A stretch of DNA of 25,715 bases from Candidatus Sumerlaeota bacterium (GCA_003554345.1 PWGE01000009.1:1-25715), one strand, 5' to 3'. Shown: positions 8,595 through 17,362, counted from the stretch's first letter. A program made the numbers and translations. The notes: generated by a model from the sequence alone, not told the origin.

Positions 8595-9689
8595 ATGAAA
8601 ATATCTGAATTAAAAGAACTTCAGTTTGGCTCTTCTGTGAAAGGAATATACGTTCTTCGCAACGGTGGTCTGAAATCATCTCGTGGTGGCGATTATTTTC
8701 TTACCGGTGTTTTACAGGATAACAGTGGCTCTATTCCTGCTGTTCAATGGGATGTAACTGATACAGCATTGTATGAAGTGTATCTGCAAAAATTCCAGGT
8801 GTTTGAGATTTCTGCTCGTCTGGATACCTATAAAGATGCTCCCCAGGTGGTTATTGAGGTGCTTTCTCCTGTAGAAAAAGTTACCCCTGAAATCCTGCGT
8901 ACTCTGCTTCCAACACTTCCTGAAAGTGAGATTGGCAGCTATATAGAAGAAATAAAAAAAATGAGAGAACTTATTGAAAATGAAGCCTGTTACCAGCTGA
9001 TGTCCCGAATGTTTGAAGATAAGGACTTTGTACATCTTTTTTCGCAAGCACCTGCTGCCGTCATGGTACATCATGCGTATTGTGGTGGGCTTGCCCAGCA
9101 TACTGCATATGTTATGCGAAATGCCTGGTATCTCTATCAACAATATAAACAGCAGTATCCTGATTTAAACGGAGATGTAATACTTTTAGGTGCTTTTTTT
9201 CATGACCTGGGCAAAATGGAGGAGATTCGGGTTGGGGCCCGTTTTGAGGCAAGTACAGAGGGACAGTTGCTGGGGCATCTGGTTATCTCTCTTGAAATGT
9301 TTACCAGGCTTGTAGAATCTATAAGAGGATTTCCACCTCACCTGGCAATGGCTATTAAACACTGTATTATAAGCCATCATGGTCAGCAGGAATGGGGGGC
9401 TCCTGTGGTTCCACGTACTATGGAAGCAGAGATTATATTTCTGGCAGATTATCTGGATAGTACCCTGCGACAGTTTGTAGAGACCATCCAGGAAAGTGGT
9501 GGAGAGAATTGGAGTCAGTATAATCGTTTTCTGCAACGTTCTGTTTTTTCTGCTGGTTATGAGAGATTACCGGAACGGGGAAAAATATGGAATTCAAAGC
9601 TCTTTGCCGCAAAATCTCCAGAAAAGAAAGAAACAAAACATGTTGATAAGAAAAATCCCCCTGATTTTAAAAAACACTCTTTATTTTAA
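8595..9689 (+). CDS. yhaM: 3'-5' exoribonuclease YhaM/Cbf1 family (OB fold + HD domain)
   Basis: N-terminal OB fold (YFLTGVLQDNSGSIPAVQW), APAAVMVHHAYCGGLAQHT, FFHDLGK, ISHHG...PRTMEAEIIFLADYLDS. ATG 8595 preferred over the track's TTG 8544, which would read through the terminator. Confidence 0.9.
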   Translation: MKISELKELQFGSSVKGIYVLRNGGLKSSRGGDYFLTGVLQDNSGSIPAVQWDVTDTALYEVYLQKFQVFEISARLDTYKDAPQVVIEVLSPVEKVTPEILRTLLPTLPESEIGSYIEEIKKMRELIENEACYQLMSRMFEDKDFVHLFSQAPAAVMVHHAYCGGLAQHTAYVMRNAWYLYQQYKQQYPDLNGDVILLGAFFHDLGKMEEIRVGARFEASTEGQLLGHLVISLEMFTRLVESIRGFPPHLAMAIKHCIISHHGQQEWGAPVVPRTMEAEIIFLADYLDSTLRQFVETIQESGGENWSQYNRFLQRSVFSAGYERLPERGKIWNSKLFAAKSPEKKETKHVDKKNPPDFKKHSLF

Positions 9690-10386
9690 CCTTCTCTTTC
9701 TTCTTGCCTGTGCCCAGCGACCGATGCCTGTTACTGTGAAACCCTCCGTACTCCCTCGACAGGACCTGATTGAGTGGGAGGTAATCTCAGAAGAGGTCTT
9801 TGAAGAGGCTGACCAATACAGAGCTTTTTTGAAATATCTTTCTCAAGATTTCGAGGTATTCCCGGAAAAGTTGCTTCAGGAATATCCGGCTGTTATGAAT
9901 GCTCTGCTTATCAACATATATTTGCAAGATGTTTACAATGAGATAGCACTTACTGAAAATGAATTGATTGCATTTTATAATGATAACCCGGAGATTTTCA
10001 CTGAGGAGTCATCTTTTGAACTGGTGGCGGTTTTTACAGAAGACCGGCAGCAGGCCCTGAAAGTGCTTCAGGAGGTGCAGGATGATAAAGAACTGATATC
10101 CATAGTGGAAAAGGAAAAGCCTGATATTCAAAAATTTCTGGATGGCAGGTATACCCTTCATGAGTTGCCTCACTTTCTCGAGGGGGTAGTTCAGACCCTG
10201 GAAGCGGGTGAAACATCGGGTTTGTACCAGACAGAAGAAGGCTTTTATATTATACATCTTATTTCTCGTCAGGAAGGAAAGCTGGAACCATTTGAGAATG
10301 TTAAAAGCGATATTCAACGAATGATCAGCCGACGAAAAATGGTTCAGCATATATCTGAAGTAATGAAAGGCGGTGAAAATCAGTGA
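9640..10386 (+). CDS. PrsA/PpiC-type (parvulin-fold) foldase lipoprotein, catalytic residues degenerate
   Basis: Start re-called at ATG 9640 (MLIRKIPL...LLFLLAC lipobox); 'ELIAFYNDNPEIF', 'LEAGETSGLYQTEEGFYIIHL' and 'PFENVKSDI' match the PrsA/PpiC architecture. Confidence 0.75.
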   Translation: MLIRKIPLILKNTLYFNLLFLLACAQRPMPVTVKPSVLPRQDLIEWEVISEEVFEEADQYRAFLKYLSQDFEVFPEKLLQEYPAVMNALLINIYLQDVYNEIALTENELIAFYNDNPEIFTEESSFELVAVFTEDRQQALKVLQEVQDDKELISIVEKEKPDIQKFLDGRYTLHELPHFLEGVVQTLEAGETSGLYQTEEGFYIIHLISRQEGKLEPFENVKSDIQRMISRRKMVQHISEVMKGGENQ

Positions 10387-11255
10387 AAAAAATATTCCTG
10401 ATATTTATGATAGTGCTTCTGTTATTACCGGGAGTATCGAAAAGTGGAGAAATTATTGAACGTACGGTAGCAAGGGTAGGCGGACATGTTATTACCGAGG
10501 GAGATATTAAATGGTTTTATTCTCTTTTTATAAATCCCGGTCAGCCACCTTTTTTTGGAGAGAGGGAGCGGGAATTCGTGTTGAACGAACTTGTGCAGTA
10601 TCTGGCTTTACAGGAGTACGTACAGACTTATCATTTTCACTTTGATGAATATGAAATGCAAAGTAGAGCAGGAAAGTTTTTGCAGGGTTTTCAGGAATCC
10701 TTTCCAACACGGGTGGATTATCTGATTTTGCTCAGGTTGCTTAATATGGAAGAATATGAACTCAGAGAAAAGGTTACAGAATATTTCATGACCATGCAAA
10801 AGATGGACATTGTACTGCAAAGTAAAATGCAGGAAGAACATGGTACTGAAATGGAACTTGTGGAAGAAAAAAGATATCTTTATGATTTGCTTATTCTACC
10901 TGCAGAACTTAAAGAACAGGAAAGATTATTTACGGTTCTTTTTAATACTTCCAGGCTGGAGGATGCTCATCATGCATTTCAGGAGAAGGGAATAGACAGC
11001 GAATTTCACAGGAATCAGATTGCCACAAAAGAAGAACTGAAAACCGGGCAGCTGGAGAATATACAAGATCTCTTTCCCGGCGGCATTTCTTTACCTTTCC
11101 TGGTAGGGGATGATTGTCAGATAATCCAGTTGCATGACATTGCCTGGCACACTCTGAAAAGGGAAGAGGTAGTAGGACCTGGTGAAATAGGCGTTTTTAA
11201 AGAAAAGTTATTGGAGGAAGCTCAGGAACGTTTCCCTGTAGAATATTATGAATGA
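10383..11255 (+). CDS. SurA N-terminal domain-like exported chaperone with a degenerate parvulin domain
   Basis: Signal peptide followed by 'IIERTVARVGGHVITEGDI', typical of the SurA N-terminus; GTG start overlaps the upstream TGA. Confidence 0.7.
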   Translation: MKKIFLIFMIVLLLLPGVSKSGEIIERTVARVGGHVITEGDIKWFYSLFINPGQPPFFGEREREFVLNELVQYLALQEYVQTYHFHFDEYEMQSRAGKFLQGFQESFPTRVDYLILLRLLNMEEYELREKVTEYFMTMQKMDIVLQSKMQEEHGTEMELVEEKRYLYDLLILPAELKEQERLFTVLFNTSRLEDAHHAFQEKGIDSEFHRNQIATKEELKTGQLENIQDLFPGGISLPFLVGDDCQIIQLHDIAWHTLKREEVVGPGEIGVFKEKLLEEAQERFPVEYYE

Positions 11256-12216
11256 TCTGTTAAATATTGAAGACATACAGGTGCAGTTTCACGTATGGAA
11301 TCGCATTTATCAGGCTGTTGATGGCGTGAGTTTTACCATTCCCCGCCGAAAAAGTGTGGCTCTGGTTGGAGAATCGGGTTGTGGCAAGACAGTCACTGCT
11401 CTTTCCATTATGCGCCTGTTACCAAGACCACAGGCGCATATAAAACAGGGAAAAATATATTTTGATAACCAGGACCTGCTGAAGATGTCCCTGCCCAGAT
11501 ATCAGAAATATTATCGTGGCCGCCTGATAGGCATGATGTTTCAGGACCCCCATTCCGTTCTTAATCCGGTGATATCTATTCAAACTCAGATAACTGAACA
11601 TGTCAAATATCATCTGAAAATGAAAACATCGGAGATTCTGGACAAAGCGAACAATATTTTTCAGCTGGTTAACCTCCCTGCCGGCGAGGATATTTTAAAA
11701 AAATATCCTCACCAATTGAGCGGGGGACAGATTCAACGCCTGATGATTGCTATGACCTTGATGACAGATCCTTCTCTTATTATAGCTGATGAACCGACTA
11801 CTGCTCTTGATGTGACAATTCAGAGACAGATTCTGGATTTATTGGTTGCTTTAAAATCGGAGAGGGATCTTTCTTATCTTCTTATTACCCATAACCTTGC
11901 TATTGTGCATTACCTGGTAGATATAGTTTGTATCATGTATGCCGGCCAAATTGTAGAATGGGGACCATGTGAAGCGATATTTCAAGAACCCTTACATCCT
12001 TATACCCGGGGACTGCTTGATTCAGTGCTTACCATTTCAAAAGAAACAAAGACAAAAATCCGCGGTATACCGGGCATGGTTCCCGAAGCATGTGATTTTC
12101 CCTCGGGATGTCGTTTTCATCCCCGATGTCCTGAAAAAATGAATATATGTTCTAAGGAAATGCCCATGTTATCAGAAAATAAAGAACATGCGGTGCGCTG
12201 CTGGTTATATGGCTGA
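11248..12216 (+). CDS. oppD: Oligo/dipeptide ABC transporter ATP-binding subunit (OppD/DppD)
   Basis: GESGCGKT, IGMMFQDP, YPHQLSGG, IIADEPTTALDVTIQ, HPYT, and a C-terminal four-Cys motif GCRFHPRC..C..C. Confidence 0.93.
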   Translation: MNDLLNIEDIQVQFHVWNRIYQAVDGVSFTIPRRKSVALVGESGCGKTVTALSIMRLLPRPQAHIKQGKIYFDNQDLLKMSLPRYQKYYRGRLIGMMFQDPHSVLNPVISIQTQITEHVKYHLKMKTSEILDKANNIFQLVNLPAGEDILKKYPHQLSGGQIQRLMIAMTLMTDPSLIIADEPTTALDVTIQRQILDLLVALKSERDLSYLLITHNLAIVHYLVDIVCIMYAGQIVEWGPCEAIFQEPLHPYTRGLLDSVLTISKETKTKIRGIPGMVPEACDFPSGCRFHPRCPEKMNICSKEMPMLSENKEHAVRCWLYG

Positions 12217-13174
12217 AAAAACAATTTTATCTCTCCATGATATCTCTAAAATTTTCCCCTTAAGGCTGGCTTTTTGGCAAAAATTGCTGGGAGTGACCCC
12301 TCGCGGTATTACGGCACTGGATAAGGTGAGCTTTAGTGTGCCTGAAGGTTCTATAGTAGGTGTCATTGGAGAAAGTGGCTGTGGTAAAACCACCCTTGCT
12401 AAAGTATTGACACGACTGGAAAACGCTGACAGCGGAGAAGTATATTATAAGCATGAAGACAGGAATTTGCTAGCTTTAACATCATCAGAGTTCCAAAAAT
12501 TCCGTCGCCGTATCCAGATGATTTTTCAGAATCCTTATGGGGCTCTTAATCCGCGGTTAAGCACTTTTCAGACCTTAAAAGAACCTCTGGAGATTTATAA
12601 AAAAGGAACAGGAATTGAAGAACAGGCTATCCATATATTGAATATGGTAGGCCTTACTGCTGATTATTTGCATCGCTACCCCCATGAAATGAGCGGTGGG
12701 CAACGCCAGAGGGTTAATATTGCCCGGGCTTTAACAGTAGATCCGGAAATATTGATTGCGGATGAGCCGGTGTCAGCACTGGATGTGTCAACTCAGATAA
12801 ATATTCTCAACTTGCTCAAAGAAATACAACAGAAGAATAATATAGCTCTTTTGCTTATTACCCATGACCTGGGAATAGCAAAATATATTTGCGACCGGAT
12901 TATTGTCATGTATCTGGGGGAAGTGGTGGAGTGGTCGGATAAAGACACGTTTTTCAAAAAACCCCTTCACCCTTACTCTGAGATGTTAATCGAATCAGTT
13001 CCCCGTTTTGAAGATAAAAACTCCGGAAAAGCAGGGGCATTGCCCAAAAAAATAAAACCGGACAAGGGATGTCTCTTTGCGCCCCGGTGTCCTTATGTTA
13101 TATCAGCCTGTCGTGAAAAAAGACCTCCCTTAAAAGACGGCTTTCCGAAAGTGCGGTTTATCCGCCATTTATAA
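12209..13174 (+). CDS. oppF: Oligo/dipeptide ABC transporter ATP-binding subunit (OppF/DppF)
   Basis: GESGCGKT, IQMIFQNPYGALNPR, YPHEMSGGQRQRVNIARAL, IADEPVSALDVS, HPYS. Start re-called at ATG 12209, overlapping the oppD stop. Confidence 0.93.
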   Translation: MAEKTILSLHDISKIFPLRLAFWQKLLGVTPRGITALDKVSFSVPEGSIVGVIGESGCGKTTLAKVLTRLENADSGEVYYKHEDRNLLALTSSEFQKFRRRIQMIFQNPYGALNPRLSTFQTLKEPLEIYKKGTGIEEQAIHILNMVGLTADYLHRYPHEMSGGQRQRVNIARALTVDPEILIADEPVSALDVSTQINILNLLKEIQQKNNIALLLITHDLGIAKYICDRIIVMYLGEVVEWSDKDTFFKKPLHPYSEMLIESVPRFEDKNSGKAGALPKKIKPDKGCLFAPRCPYVISACREKRPPLKDGFPKVRFIRHL

Positions 13175-13223
13175 TAACGGTTTGTGGCGTTGTTTTTAAA
13201 GAGGGAGTCAGGAAGTCTTCTTT

Positions 13224-14786
13224 CTACTGCTTCTCATCAGTAGGTTCTGATTGATTGGTAGCATGGTTATTGCCGGGCAGATAGAATTCGAAGAGTTCTC
13301 TTGGAGTATGTTCCCAGTTTTCTTTCTCCAGGTCAATATCTGTACGAGATGATATCATCCAGAAACTGTTTGACGGCAGGTCGTTATCAGATAGATAAGG
13401 AGCCAGATAGGTGGTAATATGCTGTCTGTACTCGGGAGAGAGGGAAAGAGCAAAAAAATCTCCATATGTATCAGTAATTACTGCCGTATATTCTTCTGAT
13501 AAATCTTCAAGCTTGTACAGGTCTGTTTGCAATAGGTTGGTGGTACGAGAGACCCGTGGAAAGTAATAAAAGGTTGCTATGATGAAAGAGTTCATAAAAA
13601 TGAAAAACACGATAGCTACTGATAACGTTAGATAGAAACGGGATGGTTCCTTCTGGTGTACCAATCGAACTAATATGAGGGCAGCCAGGATTGCCATGAG
13701 ATAAAGGGTGGCAATAAAAGGTATAAGAAAAGAAAAGTCTCCTTCTATATGTAAGAAGGTATAGGCGAGCAGGGGGAGAAATAACAAAGGGACTACCAGA
13801 CTCAGGGCAGGAAAACGAATGTTGCCCAGTACAGGCGCTATCAGCAAAATGGTTATAAAGATTGCCGTAAAGGGGTTATACAGATATGTCCCCGCCAGAA
13901 GAATACTTGCCAGTAAAAGGACTATGTATCGCCTGAGAAGCAGCGGGGCTTCTTTTTCTTTTTGTTGCTTCTCTTTTTTTACCTTTTTTTTCCCTTTTTT
14001 CATAACTTTAGTCAGGTAGAGATGCTTGATAAACCAGGGAGTGGCTATCAGCAGTAATGCAAAAGGGGCAAAGATTAAGTGATTGAGTCTTAAGTAAGAG
14101 CCACCGGCAAGTGCGATAAGATCGGTATTGATAAAAGATTGGGTTTGAAGGGTTATAAAACCTGTTATGAAAAAGAGCCCGAGAAATATCCACGGACTTA
14201 TAAAAAGAAGTTTAATCCCGGTGTATAGTGAAAAGGTCATTTTTTTATGAAAAAACACCATGAGAGCTGCAAAGGGTAGATACCATAAGCTTTCCAGAAT
14301 AAGGAGAAAAAGGGCGATTAGAGAGTAGACAATACGTTTAGGAGCAGGGACGTGTAAGTGTTCATTGAGATGATATAAGACCAGGCAAACCAGGAAAACT
14401 TCCAGGAAAAAAGGAGTGATTTGAGCTTGCAAGAACAGCCAGGGAGAGCACAACATAACAATAAAACATGAATTGACGGCTAACTCCCTGTCTTTGAAGG
14501 TTTTCTTTAATACATTATAAGAAAAGTAGATCAAACAGGCTGCAGCAAAAGTTTGTAGAATAAGGAGAGGACGGAAACCGAGAAAATGGGACCATGTAAA
14601 AACCCCGGTCAGAGGATTGATGAAAAAGGGTCCTTCTCCATTCTCTGAAAGATGCAAGGTGGCTTGTTCAAAAGATGATACAGCTATAGAAGGAAGAGAA
14701 ATTGTTAAAAAAGCAGAAAGAATCAGGAAGAAAAATAACATTGTGTAATTGGATGCTTCAGATTCAAGAACTTTTTTTGAGCGCAT
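13224..14786 (-). CDS. Polytopic membrane protein, ArnT/GT39-like (GT-C fold) glycosyltransferase homolog
   Basis: 520 aa with about 12 hydrophobic segments, 'NPLTGVFTW...RPLLIL', 'CSPWLF', and a short C-terminal soluble domain; SD AAGGA upstream. Family call is by overall architecture only. Confidence 0.5.
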   Translation of the reverse strand: MRSKKVLESEASNYTMLFFFLILSAFLTISLPSIAVSSFEQATLHLSENGEGPFFINPLTGVFTWSHFLGFRPLLILQTFAAACLIYFSYNVLKKTFKDRELAVNSCFIVMLCSPWLFLQAQITPFFLEVFLVCLVLYHLNEHLHVPAPKRIVYSLIALFLLILESLWYLPFAALMVFFHKKMTFSLYTGIKLLFISPWIFLGLFFITGFITLQTQSFINTDLIALAGGSYLRLNHLIFAPFALLLIATPWFIKHLYLTKVMKKGKKKVKKEKQQKEKEAPLLLRRYIVLLLASILLAGTYLYNPFTAIFITILLIAPVLGNIRFPALSLVVPLLFLPLLAYTFLHIEGDFSFLIPFIATLYLMAILAALILVRLVHQKEPSRFYLTLSVAIVFFIFMNSFIIATFYYFPRVSRTTNLLQTDLYKLEDLSEEYTAVITDTYGDFFALSLSPEYRQHITTYLAPYLSDNDLPSNSFWMISSRTDIDLEKENWEHTPRELFEFYLPGNNHATNQSEPTDEKQ

Positions 14787-14850
14787 AGTTCATCCTTTTT
14801 TTAGTATTATTATTTTGGTCATGTTGTAAATAATTGTTTTGAGTCTGAAT

Positions 14851-14878
14851 ATAATAGCGATAATTTGCCACTTTTCAA
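14851..14878 (-). promoter_or_regulatory. sigma70-type promoter for the 13224-14786 gene
   Basis: Minus strand: TTGAAA, 16-nt spacer, TATTAT. Confidence 0.5.
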
Positions 14879-14922
14879 TATTTCAAACTGTAGAAAAGGT
14901 GACATTTCAGTTGTGTTCGGGT

Positions 14923-14940
14923 TGTAATAAAGATATTACA
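14923..14940. promoter_or_regulatory. Palindromic putative transcription-factor site
   Basis: TGTAAT-aaagat-ATTACA, a perfect 6-bp inverted repeat 44 nt upstream of the minus-strand -35 box. Confidence 0.4.
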
Positions 14941-15062
14941 GTGAAACAAGATGATATGAGGTGTTTATGAATAGCATAAAAAAATTATCACCAGGAAAAG
15001 CTTAGTAAAAAGGCACTCGCAAAAAGAAGTTCATACAACAAGTAGATGCCGGCTAAAAACGT

Positions 15063-15917
15063 CTAATGATTTGATTTGAGTTCGTCCAGTTCATACACAA
15101 AAAGAATGCCGCGCAAAAGTTCCCAGTCTTGAGGAAATTCCGGGGTGAAACCCATTTGCACAGGTTTGAGGTCATTAAAAAAATCAATCATCTGTTCATT
15201 GGTATTCAAAAGAGGAACATCTGTAATATAAACACTTGTTTCAAAAATCAGACAATCAGGCAAAGAGAAAAAGTCTGACATATTATCAGAAATATTTAAT
15301 GCATTTCGGTTGTTAAGAAAATAACCCTGTAATTTTATAGTAGCTCTCTCCTTATAAAATGAGTGGAAATGAGTTTTATTTGTGGTTTTTAATAGTTCGG
15401 GATAGTCTTCCCCAAGATAATGTCCCCACATGTCACGGCTTGTCACTACTCCACTTACATAAACATTCTCCAACCCTATTTCAGTAAGGTGTTCTTTAAT
15501 GTCATTCCATGTAAAAGGTTCTTTGTGTTTCATATAAAGAATGGCAGAAGGAGTTCTGCCGGGATCTTTTAAGCCAAAACTGAAAGCAGATTGGAGAGGG
15601 ATGTTAAAGTCTAATATGGGGTGCCGACGTTCTGTGTCACCTGATTTTAAGCGGCTATTTTCAGGGTATTGGAAAAATGGTCCTATATTTTTTTTCTCGG
15701 CAATATATCCAAAACCACCACCCCAGTGAAAATCTTCATCAGGCTTGATCTGTTTGAAGTCCATGGGAGAATCCTTGACAAGAAATTGAGGTGATCCCCA
15801 ATAATGTAAAGTATATGTTTTATCTGTTTGGAGAATATTAACGATGTCACGCCCCCATAAAAATCCTGTGCTTAACAGTGTGATAATAATTAAAGCAAGA
15901 AAATATTTCTTAAACAT
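15063..15917 (-). CDS. Hypothetical secreted protein (284 aa)
   Basis: ATG 15917 with SD GGGAGG; Sec-type signal MFKKYFLALIIITLLSTGFLWG; no recognisable domain; overlaps the radical SAM stop by 8 nt. Confidence 0.75.
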   Translation of the reverse strand: MFKKYFLALIIITLLSTGFLWGRDIVNILQTDKTYTLHYWGSPQFLVKDSPMDFKQIKPDEDFHWGGGFGYIAEKKNIGPFFQYPENSRLKSGDTERRHPILDFNIPLQSAFSFGLKDPGRTPSAILYMKHKEPFTWNDIKEHLTEIGLENVYVSGVVTSRDMWGHYLGEDYPELLKTTNKTHFHSFYKERATIKLQGYFLNNRNALNISDNMSDFFSLPDCLIFETSVYITDVPLLNTNEQMIDFFNDLKPVQMGFTPEFPQDWELLRGILFVYELDELKSNH

Positions 15918-17355
15918 GAGAAAGCCTCCCGAGGTATTCATTGATCAAACTTTTCTGAGATTTGTCGCTACTGCACCAATCTTCAAAGAAAGACAGAAGA
16001 GAGGTGGGATAATTTGACAGAAGATACTGGATAAAATAAGAACGAATAGAATCGTAATCAAAAGAAAGTGAAGATAGATGTTTTTGCTGGTTTTTGAAAA
16101 ACCGAAAAGAAGTTTTAATCTCTTTCTCTTCCAGTAAAGGTGTTTTAGCCATCGGTGTTCTGGGTTTTGGAACAAAAATACCAAACTTGATAGTTATTCG
16201 TTTTGCTTTTCCTGTCTTTTTTGAACACTTTTTCACCATGTTATTCAGTATATGTAAAAAGCGGACAGTGTTGTTATGGGTTTCCTGATTTTCACCGGGC
16301 AATCCTAACATAAAATATAATTTCACTTGCTGTAAACCCCTATAAAATGCCTTTTCTACTATACTAAATATTTTTTCATTTACAATGTTTTTATTCAGAG
16401 AAAAACGCAGGGATTCATCGCCGGTCTCAGGAGCGAGAGTAAGACTCTGTTGTCCGGAATCGACTAAAAGTCCCAGTATTTCCTCATTAATTTCATCCAG
16501 ACGGAGGGAAGAGAAAGAAACCCGATATTGATGTTTACGGGAATAATTAATGAAATCAGTAAGACCTTTCCAGGACCCAATAGCTGAAGAAATGATACCA
16601 ATATTCTTATTGTTTTGCCGGGAGAGGACTTTTTTCACGCTTTTCCAGCTGCATTGACTGAAGGGAAATTGTTGATTCCCGATAAAACAGAAGCGGCAGC
16701 GGTAAGGGCAACCCCTGGTGACTTCAATGAGAAATTTGTTTTTGAAAGTGGTGCAGGGGGTGGTGATTTGGGAATGACGGGGAATAGAGCACCCTGAAGA
16801 TTTTTTTATAATCTCTCGGTAAGGGGGGCTGCACAATATTTCTTGCAGGTTTGCAAGGCGCTCCCAACGGGTATCTCCTTTTAAAAGCGCCTGGATTAAC
16901 CTTGAACCGTACTGTTCTATGTCCCCCGGTAACAAAAAATCAAAACACCCTTTTAGAGGAGAAGGGTTTATATTAATTGCAAGCCCACCTCCAATTATAA
17001 GGGGGTCACTGTTTTTCCGTTTTCTTTTATCAATGGTGATATTCTGTCGATGAAGAAACTCTATAGCTTTAAGATATCCTGGTTCAAAAGGAATGCTGAA
17101 TGCTATTACATCAAATTCGCTGGCCTTTCTTTGATTTTCAAAAGAGTAAGGGAGGGCTTTTTCGTAAAAAAAACGCTCACAATTTATTTCCGGGAAAGAG
17201 TTAAAATATCGATATACTACCTGAAATCCAAGGTTGGACATGGCGGGCTCATAGTTATCCGGGTAGATCAGAGCAATATTGCATGGCAAACCAAAAGGTT
17301 TCTGGATAGTGCCTTTTTCCCTGGTAATAAGATAATGATGACGGGATTCTTTCAT
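15910..17355 (-). CDS. Radical SAM protein with an N-terminal B12-binding-like domain (TIGR03960/COG1032-like)
   Basis: TRGCPYRCRFC (CxxxCxxC), IALIYPDNYEPAMSNLGFQVVY, FDVIAFSIPFE, LTLAPETG, VKLYFMLGLPGE, FVPKPRTP. Confidence 0.9.
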   Translation of the reverse strand: MKESRHHYLITREKGTIQKPFGLPCNIALIYPDNYEPAMSNLGFQVVYRYFNSFPEINCERFFYEKALPYSFENQRKASEFDVIAFSIPFEPGYLKAIEFLHRQNITIDKRKRKNSDPLIIGGGLAININPSPLKGCFDFLLPGDIEQYGSRLIQALLKGDTRWERLANLQEILCSPPYREIIKKSSGCSIPRHSQITTPCTTFKNKFLIEVTRGCPYRCRFCFIGNQQFPFSQCSWKSVKKVLSRQNNKNIGIISSAIGSWKGLTDFINYSRKHQYRVSFSSLRLDEINEEILGLLVDSGQQSLTLAPETGDESLRFSLNKNIVNEKIFSIVEKAFYRGLQQVKLYFMLGLPGENQETHNNTVRFLHILNNMVKKCSKKTGKAKRITIKFGIFVPKPRTPMAKTPLLEEKEIKTSFRFFKNQQKHLSSLSFDYDSIRSYFIQYLLSNYPTSLLSFFEDWCSSDKSQKSLINEYLGRLSHV

Positions 17356-17362
17356 GCGTCTG

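Noticed and set aside
9496-9639. 48-aa N-terminal extension of the PpiC-like ORF
   Set aside because: Would overlap yhaM by about 190 nt and bury the lipoprotein signal; ATG 9640 fits better.
14856-14870. Second sigma54-like motif TGGCAAATTATCGCT on the minus strand
   Set aside because: Only 9 nt between GG and GC (10 are required), and it lies within the spacer of a better sigma70 promoter.
15006-15055. Possible minus-strand terminator or riboswitch (GGCAT...GTGCC-TTTTT)
   Set aside because: Only a 5-bp stem with a loop of about 30 nt and no recognisable riboswitch consensus; needs an Rfam scan.
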